Part shown: one piece after another, positions 32,717 through 43,197 of the stretch
Layout of the letters: each line of letters opens with the position of its first letter
Position numbering within the stretch: position 1 is the stretch's first letter
Assembly: GCA_963768425.1 (NCBI GenBank)
Contig: CAVYHV010000009.1
Span: 1 to 64,000, forward strand
DNA length: 64,000 nt
Direction: 5' to 3'
Source of the DNA: Candidatus Bathyarchaeota archaeon
Lineage (GTDB): Archaea; Thermoproteota; Bathyarchaeia; Bathyarchaeales; Bathycorpusculaceae
The notes under the pieces: model-generated
The model's input: only the letters and a program-made list of their open reading frames with translations
Database searches by the model: none
Told to the model about the DNA's origin: nothing
Program-made: the position numbers and the translations under genes

Positions 32717-33697
32717 TCAAACTATTTTGAAGAGTTTTTGGGCATTTTCTCCCAGTATCATTCGTTTCTCTTCTTCAGTGATGTCAAGGGCTTTTATGTT
32801 CTCGATGATTTTAGCTGTATCTCCCCACGGGTAATCAGTACCAAATAGCATATGCGAGGAACCGTAGAAACTGTAAGCAAGATCCACGGCTGGTTTCCAC
32901 ATTCCCTCTGCGGTATCAACGTAAAACATTTTCAGGTATTCAAGGGGCGTCTTTTTTAGCGGTGCTGGTGAAGTGCCATTTTTGCCTTGACTTGTTACGA
33001 AGCCGTTAATTCGCCCGGCCATTAAAGGGATAAGCGTTCCTAAGTGGTGTGTAACAATTTTTATGCCAGGGTGTCTTTCCAAGACCCCGCCGCGAAAAAT
33101 ACGAAATGTGGCGAATGCAGTGTCTATGCCCCAGCCCATCATCATGTTCATGTTGTACTCGTCATTCATCCAATCATAGGCTTTCCGGATGTACGACGGA
33201 TGAATCCATAGTCCACATCCAAGTTGATTGACCTTGGCGTAAAACGGCTCAAACTCAGGCAAATCAAGTGGTTTTCCCCTGACGTTTGAAAGTACCTGGA
33301 CTCCAAGCAAGCCAAGGTCTTTAACTGATCTTTCTGTTTCCTCAACAGCCTTTTGTACATCAAGAAGAGAAACCGTCGCTATTCCTTTGAAGCGTCCGTG
33401 GGAGCTCTCTGCAATCTTAGCGATGCCGTCGTTTGCTGCTTTGTATATTTTGTGGAATTCTTCAACGGGAACATTTAGAGGCAAGTCATCAAGTGTTGGG
33501 CCTGGAAGAGAAAGAATTTGCTTGTCGATTCCGAACTTTTTCATCTCTTTTATTCGGAAATCCAAGTCAGTTATTGACTTTCCTTTCCCTCCGTCAGGGT
33601 TGTCGGACGAAAGGAAGGTTACCATCTGGGGAAGTGGCTTGGGCAACGTGTCCATGTATTCTTTGGGGTAGAAATGGTTGAAGACATCAATTATCAA
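32717..33697 (-). CDS. Amidohydrolase_2 family (decarboxylase-like)
   Basis: IIDVFNH, WIHP, HHLG, LFGTDYPW, ILGENA. Confidence 0.88.
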   Translation of the reverse strand: MIIDVFNHFYPKEYMDTLPKPLPQMVTFLSSDNPDGGKGKSITDLDFRIKEMKKFGIDKQILSLPGPTLDDLPLNVPVEEFHKIYKAANDGIAKIAESSHGRFKGIATVSLLDVQKAVEETERSVKDLGLLGVQVLSNVRGKPLDLPEFEPFYAKVNQLGCGLWIHPSYIRKAYDWMNDEYNMNMMMGWGIDTAFATFRIFRGGVLERHPGIKIVTHHLGTLIPLMAGRINGFVTSQGKNGTSPAPLKKTPLEYLKMFYVDTAEGMWKPAVDLAYSFYGSSHMLFGTDYPWGDTAKIIENIKALDITEEEKRMILGENAQKLFKIV

Positions 33698-33753
33698 ATG
33701 CTTACATCTCGATTAAGAAGATAAAAACACAGAACTTGGGCGCAGATATAAAG

Positions 33754-35220
33754 TTAATTGATGTTTGGGTCTTTAAAGAAGAGACGTGTTTCTCCCATTG
33801 TTTTGATGTCTAACGCTCTCACCCTTGCAACTATGGGGAAGTCACTCACGACTCTGCCAAGCGTTAGGCAATGATGAGGCGGCAGGTCATGCGCTATCGA
33901 ACGTACAGTTTCTGCGTCTACTCGTGCTGCTCGGCTCACCACGTCAAGGTCGTGTTCGTTGGTGAAGTTGAAGAGGAAGATGTTGTCTGCTTGGCGGTAA
34001 ATCGTTTCTTGGATCGTGTCGGGCTGGTTGGTGATGAAGGTAGTGAATATTCCGAAGTGGCGCATTCGGGTCACGATGTCATCCCAGTAGGTTTCGCGCA
34101 GATAAAGGTGGGCTTCCTCCGCGAAGAGGAAAACGGCTTTGAGCTTCCAATTTGACAGGGAATCAACCAGTTTGCCCAGGGCGTATTCGACTACAATTTG
34201 GCGGTCAATGTTTGAGGTGTTTTTCAGGTTGATGACGATGGCGCCGCCTTGGTCCTTAGATTTTATGAGGCTCTCATCCAACATTGTTGCTTCGCCCAAT
34301 GAGTCGGTGAAGAAGCCTGAGTTAGCAAGGGAATGGAAGCGTGAGGCTAAAGCGTCGCGAACATGCTGGTTGCAGTTTAAATTGCGAATCTCCTCGCCGA
34401 GTTCTTGCATGTTTAGTTTTCCTTTTTCCTTAAGCATTTTCCATATTCGGCGGAATTCACGGGCTGAAGTACCCGGAAGATGAAGCGCGTTTACGAGTAT
34501 ACCCATTACGGTGTTTAGGTGGAGTTGTTCGAGGGCTACTTTGAAGTTTTGCCCAGGAGTTAAGGTGTGAATTTTATCGTAGTACATGTTTCTTTTGCCG
34601 TCGTTACTCATGCCCAAACTCGTGTATTCCCCGTTAAGATCGAAGATGACGACTGTCGCTTTGTACCCGACCAAATTAACCATCAATAACTTGGAAAGAT
34701 GGGATTTCCCACATCCCTTCTTGCCCGTAATAATATTCAGAGTGCCGTCAATTGCCGACGCATCGATTGTAAGGAGTGAGGAATCTTTAGTGCCGCCCAG
34801 AATTATGGGCAGTTTTCCGTCAATTTTCGCTAGCTTCATCAGCATGGGCACCGACAGCTTCTTGATTGTGGATTGCGAACGGCTGGGAAGCCAACTGCTG
34901 CTCGGACTCAACATGCCATTCTCTAAGGTAGCCCTTATCTTGCAGATTAGCAAGCTTGCATCCTGAATGTAGGTAATGTGTGGCGCTATTTCCATTGGGT
35001 CAATGTCTTCACCCTGCAGGGGTTCTCCTCCGTCGGGAAGCGTTCGCAAGAGCTCTTCAAGCACACCAGGCACAGCAGCGAATTGAACGTCAATGACTTG
35101 CGCAATTAACGCTTTCCCTGCGTCTTGGTCCTCAACCAGCAGGTAATCGCCTTTTTCAGCGTTTTCTGTGGGGAAACTGATGACTTGAAGGATGTTGCCT
35201 TCTTTTTTGTAGAGTTTCAT
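33754..35220 (-). CDS. herA: HerA/FtsK-family ATPase
   Basis: GKKGCGKS, IFDLNGEY, FAEEAH, RMRHFG, TNQP; HAS-barrel-like N-terminus. Confidence 0.82.
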   Translation of the reverse strand: MKLYKKEGNILQVISFPTENAEKGDYLLVEDQDAGKALIAQVIDVQFAAVPGVLEELLRTLPDGGEPLQGEDIDPMEIAPHITYIQDASLLICKIRATLENGMLSPSSSWLPSRSQSTIKKLSVPMLMKLAKIDGKLPIILGGTKDSSLLTIDASAIDGTLNIITGKKGCGKSHLSKLLMVNLVGYKATVVIFDLNGEYTSLGMSNDGKRNMYYDKIHTLTPGQNFKVALEQLHLNTVMGILVNALHLPGTSAREFRRIWKMLKEKGKLNMQELGEEIRNLNCNQHVRDALASRFHSLANSGFFTDSLGEATMLDESLIKSKDQGGAIVINLKNTSNIDRQIVVEYALGKLVDSLSNWKLKAVFLFAEEAHLYLRETYWDDIVTRMRHFGIFTTFITNQPDTIQETIYRQADNIFLFNFTNEHDLDVVSRAARVDAETVRSIAHDLPPHHCLTLGRVVSDFPIVARVRALDIKTMGETRLFFKDPNIN

Positions 35221-36296
35221 GAGTAGATTTCCCCTTTGCCGAAGGGCCCAAAAAGCAGTCGATGCATGTCGGGTCGGTTGACGATTTCGATGCCATGCTT
35301 GCGGGTGATGAAGTGCTTGATGGCTAAGACTTCATTGGCAGTAAACGTGCATAAGATGTGCGAGAGCCGTAGGGTTTCTGGGTAGCTTTGGGTGTAAAGG
35401 TCGTTGCCTACTAATTTCTGCATGGCACAAATTCTTTGGTCGGCGTTCGTTTCTTTGTCGATGTCTAAGCGAAACGCGAAATTTGCTCTATTAAGCCGCG
35501 CTACATAAACGTCGCCCAGCAGCAAAATCGGCGGCTTCGAGTGTAACCCTGAGGTTTCAAGCAAGTAAGGTGGCTCATGGTCAGGAAGCTGCTCAGTTAT
35601 CAGAATCCCGTTTGCCCTCAGGGTTGTGGCTTTTGAGAATGCGAGGACGGTGCTGCAGTTTCTCCGTGCATAGCTGAGTATTTCGCGGAGCCGCTGGGTT
35701 GGCGTATCTATGGTTCCCGATGTGAGTGAGCCGTCAAAAAGGATTATGCCTTCTTTAACGGTTTTGGCAACCATCGTTTGCATCCATCGTTCAAGAAGGC
35801 TGGCGAGACGCATTGGCATCTGCATGAGGTTTGGGGCTGACTGGTGCATGCTGTTGTAGGTTGTGCTGAAGTAGGCGTGCTCTAGCGTGTTGTAGACTGT
35901 GTTTTTGTTGTCTTCGGTTATGTGGAAGATGAATGGACCTAGCCGTGTGTACTTGTAACTGTGGTTTTGGCGCCAGGTGATCGCACCCCGTATGGCGACG
36001 ATGATTCCTGTGCTTGTTTCTCCAATTTTCATGGTTGAAGTGTCGATGGCTGCGATTAGTGTTTCTTGGTGGTCTGCTTTTATTTGTATTGGTTCTGGTT
36101 TTAGCTGAATGCTGGAGGGGTATTGTTCGGTTAGCGTGGGTTGTTGGAGGTTTTGCGGGTTAAGTTGGAAGGCTTGGTGTTGGACATGTCTGAGGGAGTA
36201 GAGGCTTTGTTCAAGGAAGCGTTGTGGGAGGGCTGTGTCGACTGTGGGTTGTGGAAAGTTATATTTGTTAGTAATTGTATATTGTTCAATCACCAT
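35217..36296 (-). CDS. nurA: NurA-family nuclease
   Basis: IAAIDTS, LFDGSL, AFSK, YPETLRLSH; overlaps herA start. Confidence 0.78.
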   Translation of the reverse strand: MVIEQYTITNKYNFPQPTVDTALPQRFLEQSLYSLRHVQHQAFQLNPQNLQQPTLTEQYPSSIQLKPEPIQIKADHQETLIAAIDTSTMKIGETSTGIIVAIRGAITWRQNHSYKYTRLGPFIFHITEDNKNTVYNTLEHAYFSTTYNSMHQSAPNLMQMPMRLASLLERWMQTMVAKTVKEGIILFDGSLTSGTIDTPTQRLREILSYARRNCSTVLAFSKATTLRANGILITEQLPDHEPPYLLETSGLHSKPPILLLGDVYVARLNRANFAFRLDIDKETNADQRICAMQKLVGNDLYTQSYPETLRLSHILCTFTANEVLAIKHFITRKHGIEIVNRPDMHRLLFGPFGKGEIYS

Positions 36297-36376
36297 GATT
36301 CACCAATATTCAACAACATGTTGGTGAAATATTTAAGTATTGTGCATGTGCATATTGCACAATTCAATATGCAATA

Positions 36377-36793
36377 GTGAAAGACTTGACAGAAAAACCG
36401 CAAAAACCACCAATCAAAGTAAAAATGAAAATCGGCGAAATAGAATTCGAAATAGAATCCCAAGAAGACCAAATTCAAAACACTGTCGACAAGATACTTC
36501 AAGCAGTCACCGACCGCCTAAAAAACACCAACCTCAGCCAAGTCACTGAACGCCAGAATCCACCGCCGCGAGCTGAAACATGCAAAGGACTCATCCAAAA
36601 ACTCTGGGAAGAAAACTGGTTCAGCGAACCCAAAGGACTCGACGATGTCCACAGCGAACTAGCACGCCGAGGATTCCACTACGACCGCACAGCCGTAGCC
36701 CACGCACTCGTCGACCTTGTCAAAGACAACATACTTACACGAATAGGCAAACCACGCAGGTATCAGTACGCTCAAAAAAGACCTCCCACATAG
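36377..36793 (+). CDS. Small winged-helix protein
   Basis: WFSEPKGLDDVHSELARRGFHYDRTAVAHALVDLVKDNILTRIGKPRRYQY. Confidence 0.7.
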   Translation: MKDLTEKPQKPPIKVKMKIGEIEFEIESQEDQIQNTVDKILQAVTDRLKNTNLSQVTERQNPPPRAETCKGLIQKLWEENWFSEPKGLDDVHSELARRGFHYDRTAVAHALVDLVKDNILTRIGKPRRYQYAQKRPPT

Positions 36794-36856
36794 GGCTATG
36801 ACAATTAACTTTTTGTCTCTGAAATTTTAAATATCGAGTGGAGTATACATCATATC

Positions 36857-37345
36857 ATGCAAGTTGTTGACTTGGTTCGTTATAATCACGTTGTTCGCCG
36901 TTTGTATTTTGACTCCTTCACAAAGTTGCCTTGGGCAGCAGTTGTACAGCCTAGGGGTTTGAGTTTTGATTCCATGCGGGATGTTTTTTTGCATTTGACG
37001 CTTGTCGAGGACAGATGGATCAACTACATTATCACAGGCAAATTCAAGGAATGGGTTGACCTTGATTTTGAAACCTTCGACGAAATAGAAGCGTTGAAAA
37101 AGTATATGCTTGAGATTCAGGGAGACACTGAAAACTACCTCAGTACTTTATCGACCGAGGAACTTTGTCGAGAGATTGTTGTTCCCTGGGGTGACAAGCC
37201 TGGGCTGCATGTAAGCGTTGAAATTGGGTTAACTCACATGGTTATTGAGGATATGATCCACTACGGCGAGTTATCAGCTGCCCTTTGGCAGATGGGTTCG
37301 GAGGCGCCTTACATAGGTTTTTGGCGCTACAAATCGACGCAATAG
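36857..37345 (+). CDS. DinB family protein
   Basis: SMRDVFLHLTLVEDRW, HMVIEDMIHYGEL. Confidence 0.8.
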   Translation: MQVVDLVRYNHVVRRLYFDSFTKLPWAAVVQPRGLSFDSMRDVFLHLTLVEDRWINYIITGKFKEWVDLDFETFDEIEALKKYMLEIQGDTENYLSTLSTEELCREIVVPWGDKPGLHVSVEIGLTHMVIEDMIHYGELSAALWQMGSEAPYIGFWRYKSTQ

Positions 37346-37413
37346 AAAGTGAGCAAAGGTTTTATAGTTCATTTTTTCTATTGTATCAACGTAGTTTTTA
37401 AAAGCAATTTTGG

Positions 37414-37869
37414 TTGGAGGTGAAAATTTTGGCGGATATTGTTGATACTGCCATGTCTTCGGACATGTTCAAAACTCTTGTAACCGCAATTAAGGCTGCT
37501 GGATTAGTTGACACGCTTAAAGGTCCAGGTCCATTCACTGTTTTTGCGCCCACTGACGAAGCCTTTGCTAAGCTGCCTAAAGGCGCGCTTGACATGTTGC
37601 TCAAGGACACAGCTAAGCTGAAGGACGTTTTGACTTTCCACGTGGCTGAAGGGAAAATGACGGCTGCTGATCTAGCCAAGCACGAATATTTGCAAGCTCT
37701 TAACGGAGGAGAATTAAAGATCGATGCGAAAACTTGGCACCTGCATAAAAACATCAAGGTTAACGGAGCCAACATCATCAAACCCGATTTAATGGTGGAT
37801 AATGGAGTTTGCCATGCTATAGACGCAGTTCTCATGCCGAAAATGAAAATGGAAGAGAAGTCAATGTAA
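37414..37869 (+). CDS. Fasciclin (FAS1) domain protein
   Basis: GPFTVFAPTDEAFAKLP, NGVCHAIDAVL. Confidence 0.93.
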   Translation: MEVKILADIVDTAMSSDMFKTLVTAIKAAGLVDTLKGPGPFTVFAPTDEAFAKLPKGALDMLLKDTAKLKDVLTFHVAEGKMTAADLAKHEYLQALNGGELKIDAKTWHLHKNIKVNGANIIKPDLMVDNGVCHAIDAVLMPKMKMEEKSM

Positions 37870-38015
37870 AGCAAATTCCGCGTTTTTGCGGAAACCCTAT
37901 TTTTTAACGAAAATTATTTATGGTTTTTGTCTTAAATTGTTTTTACCATGCCCTTTGCTGACTAGATTTTTATTATTCTTAGAAGATAAAAAAAGAAAGA
38001 CGTTTGTTTGAGGAA

Positions 38016-38213
38016 TTATTTACTTTTTTTAGGGCTTGGTTTAGCTGCGCTTGCCTTAGGTTTTGCCTTTGTTGTTCCAGAAACGGCTTTCATAGGTGTG
38101 CCGCAACAAACTATTTCGGATGGTTCGCAACCGCATGGCTCCTCAACCAAAAGTATTAGCCCGCAGTCTTCACATTGGTATTTGTCGCCTTTTTTATTTG
38201 CCAAAAATACCAC
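38016..38213 (-). CDS. Small desulforedoxin-like Cys-rich protein
   Basis: YQCEDCG...PCGC...VCCGTPM, Lys-rich tail. Confidence 0.7.
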   Translation of the reverse strand: MVFLANKKGDKYQCEDCGLILLVEEPCGCEPSEIVCCGTPMKAVSGTTKAKPKASAAKPSPKKSK

Positions 38214-38329
38214 CTACCTAAAGATACCGATACATAATTCAAGGTTTTCATTCTTATAAGAATATCCAAAAACTCTACCTGCGTATTTTCAATTTCAATT
38301 TTGCAAAATAATCAAGAATCCGCTTTGAA

Positions 38330-38611
38330 TTAAAGCAGCTTGAATTCGCCGAAACCATCGCATTCAGGGCAAACTTGCCCATTAAGTGCAGAATGGTAAT
38401 CTTTGCCTCTGCCAAAACATGCTGGGCATTTTTCCGTTCTTCCTTCTGGAAACAAGCGCCAACCTGTTCCGCGGCATTTTAGACATGGAACACCTATTTC
38501 AGAATTGCTTGTATCTCTGCCTGTTCCATAACAAATCTTGCATTTAACTCGTTTGTATCTGATTTGCATGCTTGTGGGAGAGGACTCCAACACTGTTTTC
38601 AAAGAATGCAC
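38330..38611 (-). CDS. Stand-alone DnaJ-type CxxCxGxG zinc-finger protein
   Basis: Four repeats CKICYGTG, CLKCRGTG, CPACFGRG, CPECDGFG. Confidence 0.75.
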   Translation of the reverse strand: MHSLKTVLESSPTSMQIRYKRVKCKICYGTGRDTSNSEIGVPCLKCRGTGWRLFPEGRTEKCPACFGRGKDYHSALNGQVCPECDGFGEFKLL

Positions 38612-38693
38612 CAGAAAACAATTATTTAGCTTTCTCTCGTATTAAAAATTTGTTAATTATAAATTTTAATTCTCAATCAAATAGCTTAGAGTT

Positions 38694-39107
38694 TTAGAGT
38701 TTTTCCTTAATTCTTTTGGCCATATCGTCAAGTTTTGCTCTTTCAACTTCCACAAGCTCGTGGAAATTCGGAAGTTTTTGCTCCTCAAACCTTGGAACAA
38801 TGTGGACATGCAAATGGAATATGTCTTGTCCTGCAGCTTTGCCGTTTTGCTGAACAATGCTTATGCCGTCAGCATGCGTGGCCTCTTTGATGGGCAAAGA
38901 AACTTTTTTGGTTACCAGATAAACTTGGATCAACGCTTCTTCTGGGATATCGAAGATGTCCAAGTAGTGATGCTTGGGTATTACAAGCGTATGCCCCATT
39001 GTTAAGGGTCTTATGTCCAGAAAAGCCATCACGGCTTGGTCTTGATAAATTATGCTTGCTGGCATTTGTTTTTTCACTATATTGCAGAACACGCAGGATT
39101 CAACCAA
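38694..39107 (-). CDS. HIT family hydrolase
   Basis: CVFC, GHTLVIPK, HLHVHIVPR. Confidence 0.93.
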   Translation of the reverse strand: MVESCVFCNIVKKQMPASIIYQDQAVMAFLDIRPLTMGHTLVIPKHHYLDIFDIPEEALIQVYLVTKKVSLPIKEATHADGISIVQQNGKAAGQDIFHLHVHIVPRFEEQKLPNFHELVEVERAKLDDMAKRIKEKL

Positions 39108-39200
39108 AGTGCGTCACCATTAAACGGCTTAAACTTTTGCAATCAGGTTTATATGCGATGGCAATTCATATTTCTTTTCAGCTAATTAGAGGTTTATAAA

Positions 39201-39488
39201 ATGAGCAAGTTAGAAGACCAAGTACGTGAAGAAGTCGGCAAAGTGCAAGACCCAGAAACAGGGCAAAGCTTTGCTGAAATGCAGATGATCCAAAGCGTCA
39301 AAGAAACAGCTCCGGGAGAATTCACAGTTGAATTTGTCCCCACAAGTCCATTCTGCCCAATCGCGTTCAAACTTGCAGCTGACATAAAAGCCGCCGCAAA
39401 ATCAGTTCCGGGCGTCAAGAAAGCATTGGTTTACTGTCGTGGACACGCCATGGAGCAGCAAATAAATGAAATGACCAACAAACAGTAA
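39201..39488 (+). CDS. DUF59/SufT-like Fe-S assembly protein
   Basis: VQDPETG, PTSPFCP. Confidence 0.85.
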   Translation: MSKLEDQVREEVGKVQDPETGQSFAEMQMIQSVKETAPGEFTVEFVPTSPFCPIAFKLAADIKAAAKSVPGVKKALVYCRGHAMEQQINEMTNKQ

Positions 39489-39684
39489 AACAGTTTTTCT
39501 TTTATTTCCTTTTTTCAATTTTTAAGCAAACCTACCGAAGGCTACCTGAATAGCGATCTAAAACGAACTTTGTTGACAGTTTTTTAGTTACAAACACTAC
39601 TGTGAGCAAGAGGTTTTTCTTCTATTTCTTTCTACGAGTTGTTATATCTAGCTAATTCCTTAAAATCAAAAAAAGAAGCTGGTT

Positions 39685-39996
39685 TTATCTTGCGTAGCTG
39701 CATCTTCCGCTGCGGGGTGAACCCTCATTATCCATTGGGTCGCTATAGTCGCGGAAGCCTGTGTGAAGCTTCGCTCGTATCTCAAAGCGGATTCTAGAAA
39801 TGTTTTTCGCCCAACTTTTCATCATCAGCACTATCCTGTAGAAGTTCATTTGCTTGGCAATCGACAAGAAAGCGATCATACTCATTGAAGCCAGCAAAAT
39901 CATTAGTGGACTAATTGTAGCTGCCAACAAACCTGCTGAGGCAACCAAGGCAACATAAATAATGCTTCTTAACTTTCGCATATTTGTCACCATCAA
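39685..39996 (-). CDS. Hypothetical membrane protein
   Basis: Hydrophobic N-terminal helices. Confidence 0.5.
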   Translation of the reverse strand: MMVTNMRKLRSIIYVALVASAGLLAATISPLMILLASMSMIAFLSIAKQMNFYRIVLMMKSWAKNISRIRFEIRAKLHTGFRDYSDPMDNEGSPRSGRCSYAR

Positions 39997-40126
39997 TATA
40001 TGCGATGTAAGGGCTTAAAGGCTTTTTTATTACTCAAAAATCCCTCCTGAGAAGGCAACAAGAAAATAACTGAAAAATAGGTTTGTTTTGCATTCTGCTG
40101 TTAAAAATAATGCTGAAAAGGCTTTG

Positions 40127-40897
40127 TCACTTCATTCGGCTGAATGCCCAGGTGCCTATTACAACCATAACTCCATCAAACAACGCCACAACTCCAATGT
40201 CAATCCATAACGATTGAACCTGAAAGGGAGTCCATATAGCGCCCAAAGTAACATGTCTGAGCGCATCGATGCCGTAAGTTAACGGGTTCCACACGGCGAT
40301 ATCTGTGAGCCAACTAGGAAGGTTGCCGCCTTTGAGGAGGAACAAGGCACCGCTTAGAAAGAATAATGGCAGGTTCACGAATGTTTGGATGGCGCCGAAA
40401 CCTTCAAGGTTGCCCATGAAGCTTGCAATTGTTAGTCCTATACTAACCAAGCCAAAAGTAACAAGCAGCATTACGGGCAACGCATACAGAACTGTTATTG
40501 GGTTTATTGGGATGCCGATGGCTAAGCCAATGGCGAAAACAATGATACCCTGCATGAAAGCGTCTGTGCTGTCTCCAACCATTTTTCCCAGAAAAATTGT
40601 CAGCCTAGAAACAGGCGCAACCAGTGTTTCTTTCATGAATCCGAATTCTTTGTCCCAGATGACGTTAATACCCATGAACATTGCTGTGAAAAGCAGTGTC
40701 TGCCCGACTATGCCCGGAAGCAGTACCTCCTGGTAGTTCAAGCCTGGCGGCAACACAATTCGTGCGGCGAAAGCAGCACCGAATATTATAAGCCACAGCA
40801 GAGGCTGAACGAAGCTGGTTACAAGCCGCGTTCTATCACGGATGAACCGTTTGATTTCCCTAAGCCACAGACTGTAGAAGCCGCGGGTTTCACTCAT
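40127..40897 (-). CDS. ABC-2 type permease
   Basis: DKEFGFMKETLVAP, PLFFLSGALF, NPLTYGIDALR. Confidence 0.92.
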   Translation of the reverse strand: MSETRGFYSLWLREIKRFIRDRTRLVTSFVQPLLWLIIFGAAFAARIVLPPGLNYQEVLLPGIVGQTLLFTAMFMGINVIWDKEFGFMKETLVAPVSRLTIFLGKMVGDSTDAFMQGIIVFAIGLAIGIPINPITVLYALPVMLLVTFGLVSIGLTIASFMGNLEGFGAIQTFVNLPLFFLSGALFLLKGGNLPSWLTDIAVWNPLTYGIDALRHVTLGAIWTPFQVQSLWIDIGVVALFDGVMVVIGTWAFSRMK

Positions 40898-41880
40898 CTT
40901 ATTGCTCTCCTACGAGCAGCCGCTGCTCCATGAAGTTCTTTGGATGTGTCTTCTCTGATGTTTCTTCCAGTGTAATGTAAGAATACATCTTCAAGGTTAG
41001 GTTCCCGCAGCAGCAATGACTCAACGTAAATGCTGTTTTGGGTTGCTAGCTCCATAATTCTTGGCATCACATTTTTGCCATTGCGTACGGTTATTTCCAA
41101 TGCGCCGTCAACGATTTGTTTGCTATTTAATCCTAACCCTTTAGTTACAAGTTCGGAGAGCTCATCAACTTTGCTTGTTCTAATTACGACGACGTCGCCT
41201 TCGAGCGTGTCTTTAAGCTTAGGCGGGGTATCTAAAATAACGATTTTGCCGTGGTCCATGATGCCGATGCGGTCTGAAAGCCTATCTGCCTCATCCATGT
41301 AATGGGTGGTTAAAACCACAGTAATGTCATGAGCCTTCTTTAGCTCCAGAATATACTTCCAAATGTGGTCTCTCGTCTGGGGGTCAAGGCCGACTGTTGG
41401 TTCATCCAGAAACAGCACTTTAGGGTAATGGATTAAGCCGCGTCCCAACTCGAGCCTACGTCTCATTCCACCCGAATAAGTGCGCATTAAATCGTCGGCT
41501 CTTTCCTCCAGCTCGATAAGTTTTAAGATGCGGTCTATGCGTTCTTTTTGTTCGGAGGCTGGAACACCATACATATTGGCGTGGATGTATAGGTTTTCTC
41601 TGCCTGTTAGGCGGTCGTCAATGCTTGGATCTTGGAAAACTATGCCGATTGATCTTCGAACTTGATTTGCTTGCTTGACTACGTCAAAGCCGTTTATCGT
41701 TGCAGTACCAGATGTGGGCTTGAGAATGGTGCAAAGCATCGATATGGTTGTCGTTTTACCCGCGCCGTTTGGTCCGAGTAGCCCGAAGATTTCTCCAGAC
41801 TCAACTGTGATGCTGAGGTTATCAACTGCCTTGAATGAGTTGTAAGCTTTAGTTAGCTGGTGGGTTTCAATGACGGGCAT
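40894..41880 (-). CDS. ABC-2 ATP-binding subunit (DrrA-like)
   Basis: GPNGAGKTT, YSGGMRRR, LDEPTVGLD. Confidence 0.93.
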   Translation of the reverse strand: MPVIETHQLTKAYNSFKAVDNLSITVESGEIFGLLGPNGAGKTTTISMLCTILKPTSGTATINGFDVVKQANQVRRSIGIVFQDPSIDDRLTGRENLYIHANMYGVPASEQKERIDRILKLIELEERADDLMRTYSGGMRRRLELGRGLIHYPKVLFLDEPTVGLDPQTRDHIWKYILELKKAHDITVVLTTHYMDEADRLSDRIGIMDHGKIVILDTPPKLKDTLEGDVVVIRTSKVDELSELVTKGLGLNSKQIVDGALEITVRNGKNVMPRIMELATQNSIYVESLLLREPNLEDVFLHYTGRNIREDTSKELHGAAAARRRAIR

Positions 41881-42032
41881 TTTTCCAAGCTTCTCTTTTT
41901 AGCAATGGGAACACACGTGGGATTTAAAGTTTAACGGCGTTTTGTCCTCAAAAACCCGATTCAATCCTTTTGTTGTTTCTGCAAAGCCACAACATTAATG
42001 TGCCTAGACACGATTTTGAAAATAGGTGAATT

Positions 42033-42926
42033 TTGATGCAAACTCCAGCCTCAAATGGATCTGAAGTGCATATTAGGATGTCTGATGGTTTCAACCTTTT
42101 TTGCAGGAATTGGTCTGCCTTTGGATCTGTTGAAAGAGCTGTGGTTTTTTTGCATGGAATCGAGGTGCATTCAGGTGCATTTGGTTTCATGGGACCTGAA
42201 TTGGCAAATATGGGCAGCGAAGTTTACGGTTTCGATCGGAGAGGCATGGGAAACTCGAAAGAAACTGATTTGCCCAGAGGCGACACCAAAAGCTTTCAGT
42301 TGCACCTAGACAATGTTGAAGAAGCGATTGAGTTTGTACGCAAGAAGCAGTCGGGGAAAAAACTGTATCTATTTGGTCACAGCATAGGCTGCGCATACGC
42401 TCTTTGGTACGCTGCAAGGAACCCTGAGATAATTGACGGGTTGATTTTGGCGGCTCCTCCCCTGAAAACTGGTTTTAAGCTTCCCTTCGGAGACACGTTG
42501 AAGCTCATTCTTTTCCCGGCGTTTTCTCCTCACACAATGTACAATTTAGTAGACGAATGGCCGCAGACTTTCAAGGAAAGCGAAGAATACAAGCTGATAA
42601 CGGGAGATGAACTCTCCACGAAAGAGTTCGGGTTGGGTTTTCTCTTAGACGTCCAAACTAAGCTGGCAAATAACATGGCTAAGAATGCAGCAAAAATTAA
42701 AAAACCAGTTCTCTTGATTCACGGCGAACAAGACGTCATAGCTCTTCCCGAAAGCTCAAAGCTCATAATAGATAAGCTCGGTTCAGAAGACAAAGTTCTC
42801 CAAACCTTTCAACACGCTGACCATTGGTTCTATCAAAGCATAATACCAAAAATGGGTTCAAAATATGACTTGGAGAAGAAAAAAACGGTATCAAACTCCG
42901 TTAATGATTGGTTAAACAAACATTAG
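42033..42926 (+). CDS. Alpha/beta hydrolase (lysophospholipase-like)
   Basis: HG oxyanion motif, GHSIG nucleophile elbow, HGEQD, ADH. Confidence 0.88.
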   Translation: MMQTPASNGSEVHIRMSDGFNLFCRNWSAFGSVERAVVFLHGIEVHSGAFGFMGPELANMGSEVYGFDRRGMGNSKETDLPRGDTKSFQLHLDNVEEAIEFVRKKQSGKKLYLFGHSIGCAYALWYAARNPEIIDGLILAAPPLKTGFKLPFGDTLKLILFPAFSPHTMYNLVDEWPQTFKESEEYKLITGDELSTKEFGLGFLLDVQTKLANNMAKNAAKIKKPVLLIHGEQDVIALPESSKLIIDKLGSEDKVLQTFQHADHWFYQSIIPKMGSKYDLEKKKTVSNSVNDWLNKH

Positions 42927-42981
42927 CGTCTTTATCGCAATCTCCTATCTCCCTGCATAATGAAACCCAATATTAAGCTCT

Positions 42982-43197
42982 TTGTGCGTTTCTGGAACGC
43001 TAAAATCGACGGTTAAAATGAATATTAACGGCATGGAGAAACTGATATTTACGAACGCGCATTTTCAAATGAACGTCGGTTTGCAAAATGAAAATGAACA
43101 CGAACGCAAAAAAGCCAACACAGTCTACGGGATGGCGCAGAAGATCTGTCCTATAAGGCAATCCTGGGGCGAATCTGTCCCGATCAGCGTGAGCTAA
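42982..43197 (+). CDS. OsmC-like fragment or small protein
   Basis: AQKICPIRQS resembles OsmC C-terminal CP motif; N-terminus apparently missing. Confidence 0.4.
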   Translation: MCVSGTLKSTVKMNINGMEKLIFTNAHFQMNVGLQNENEHERKKANTVYGMAQKICPIRQSWGESVPISVS

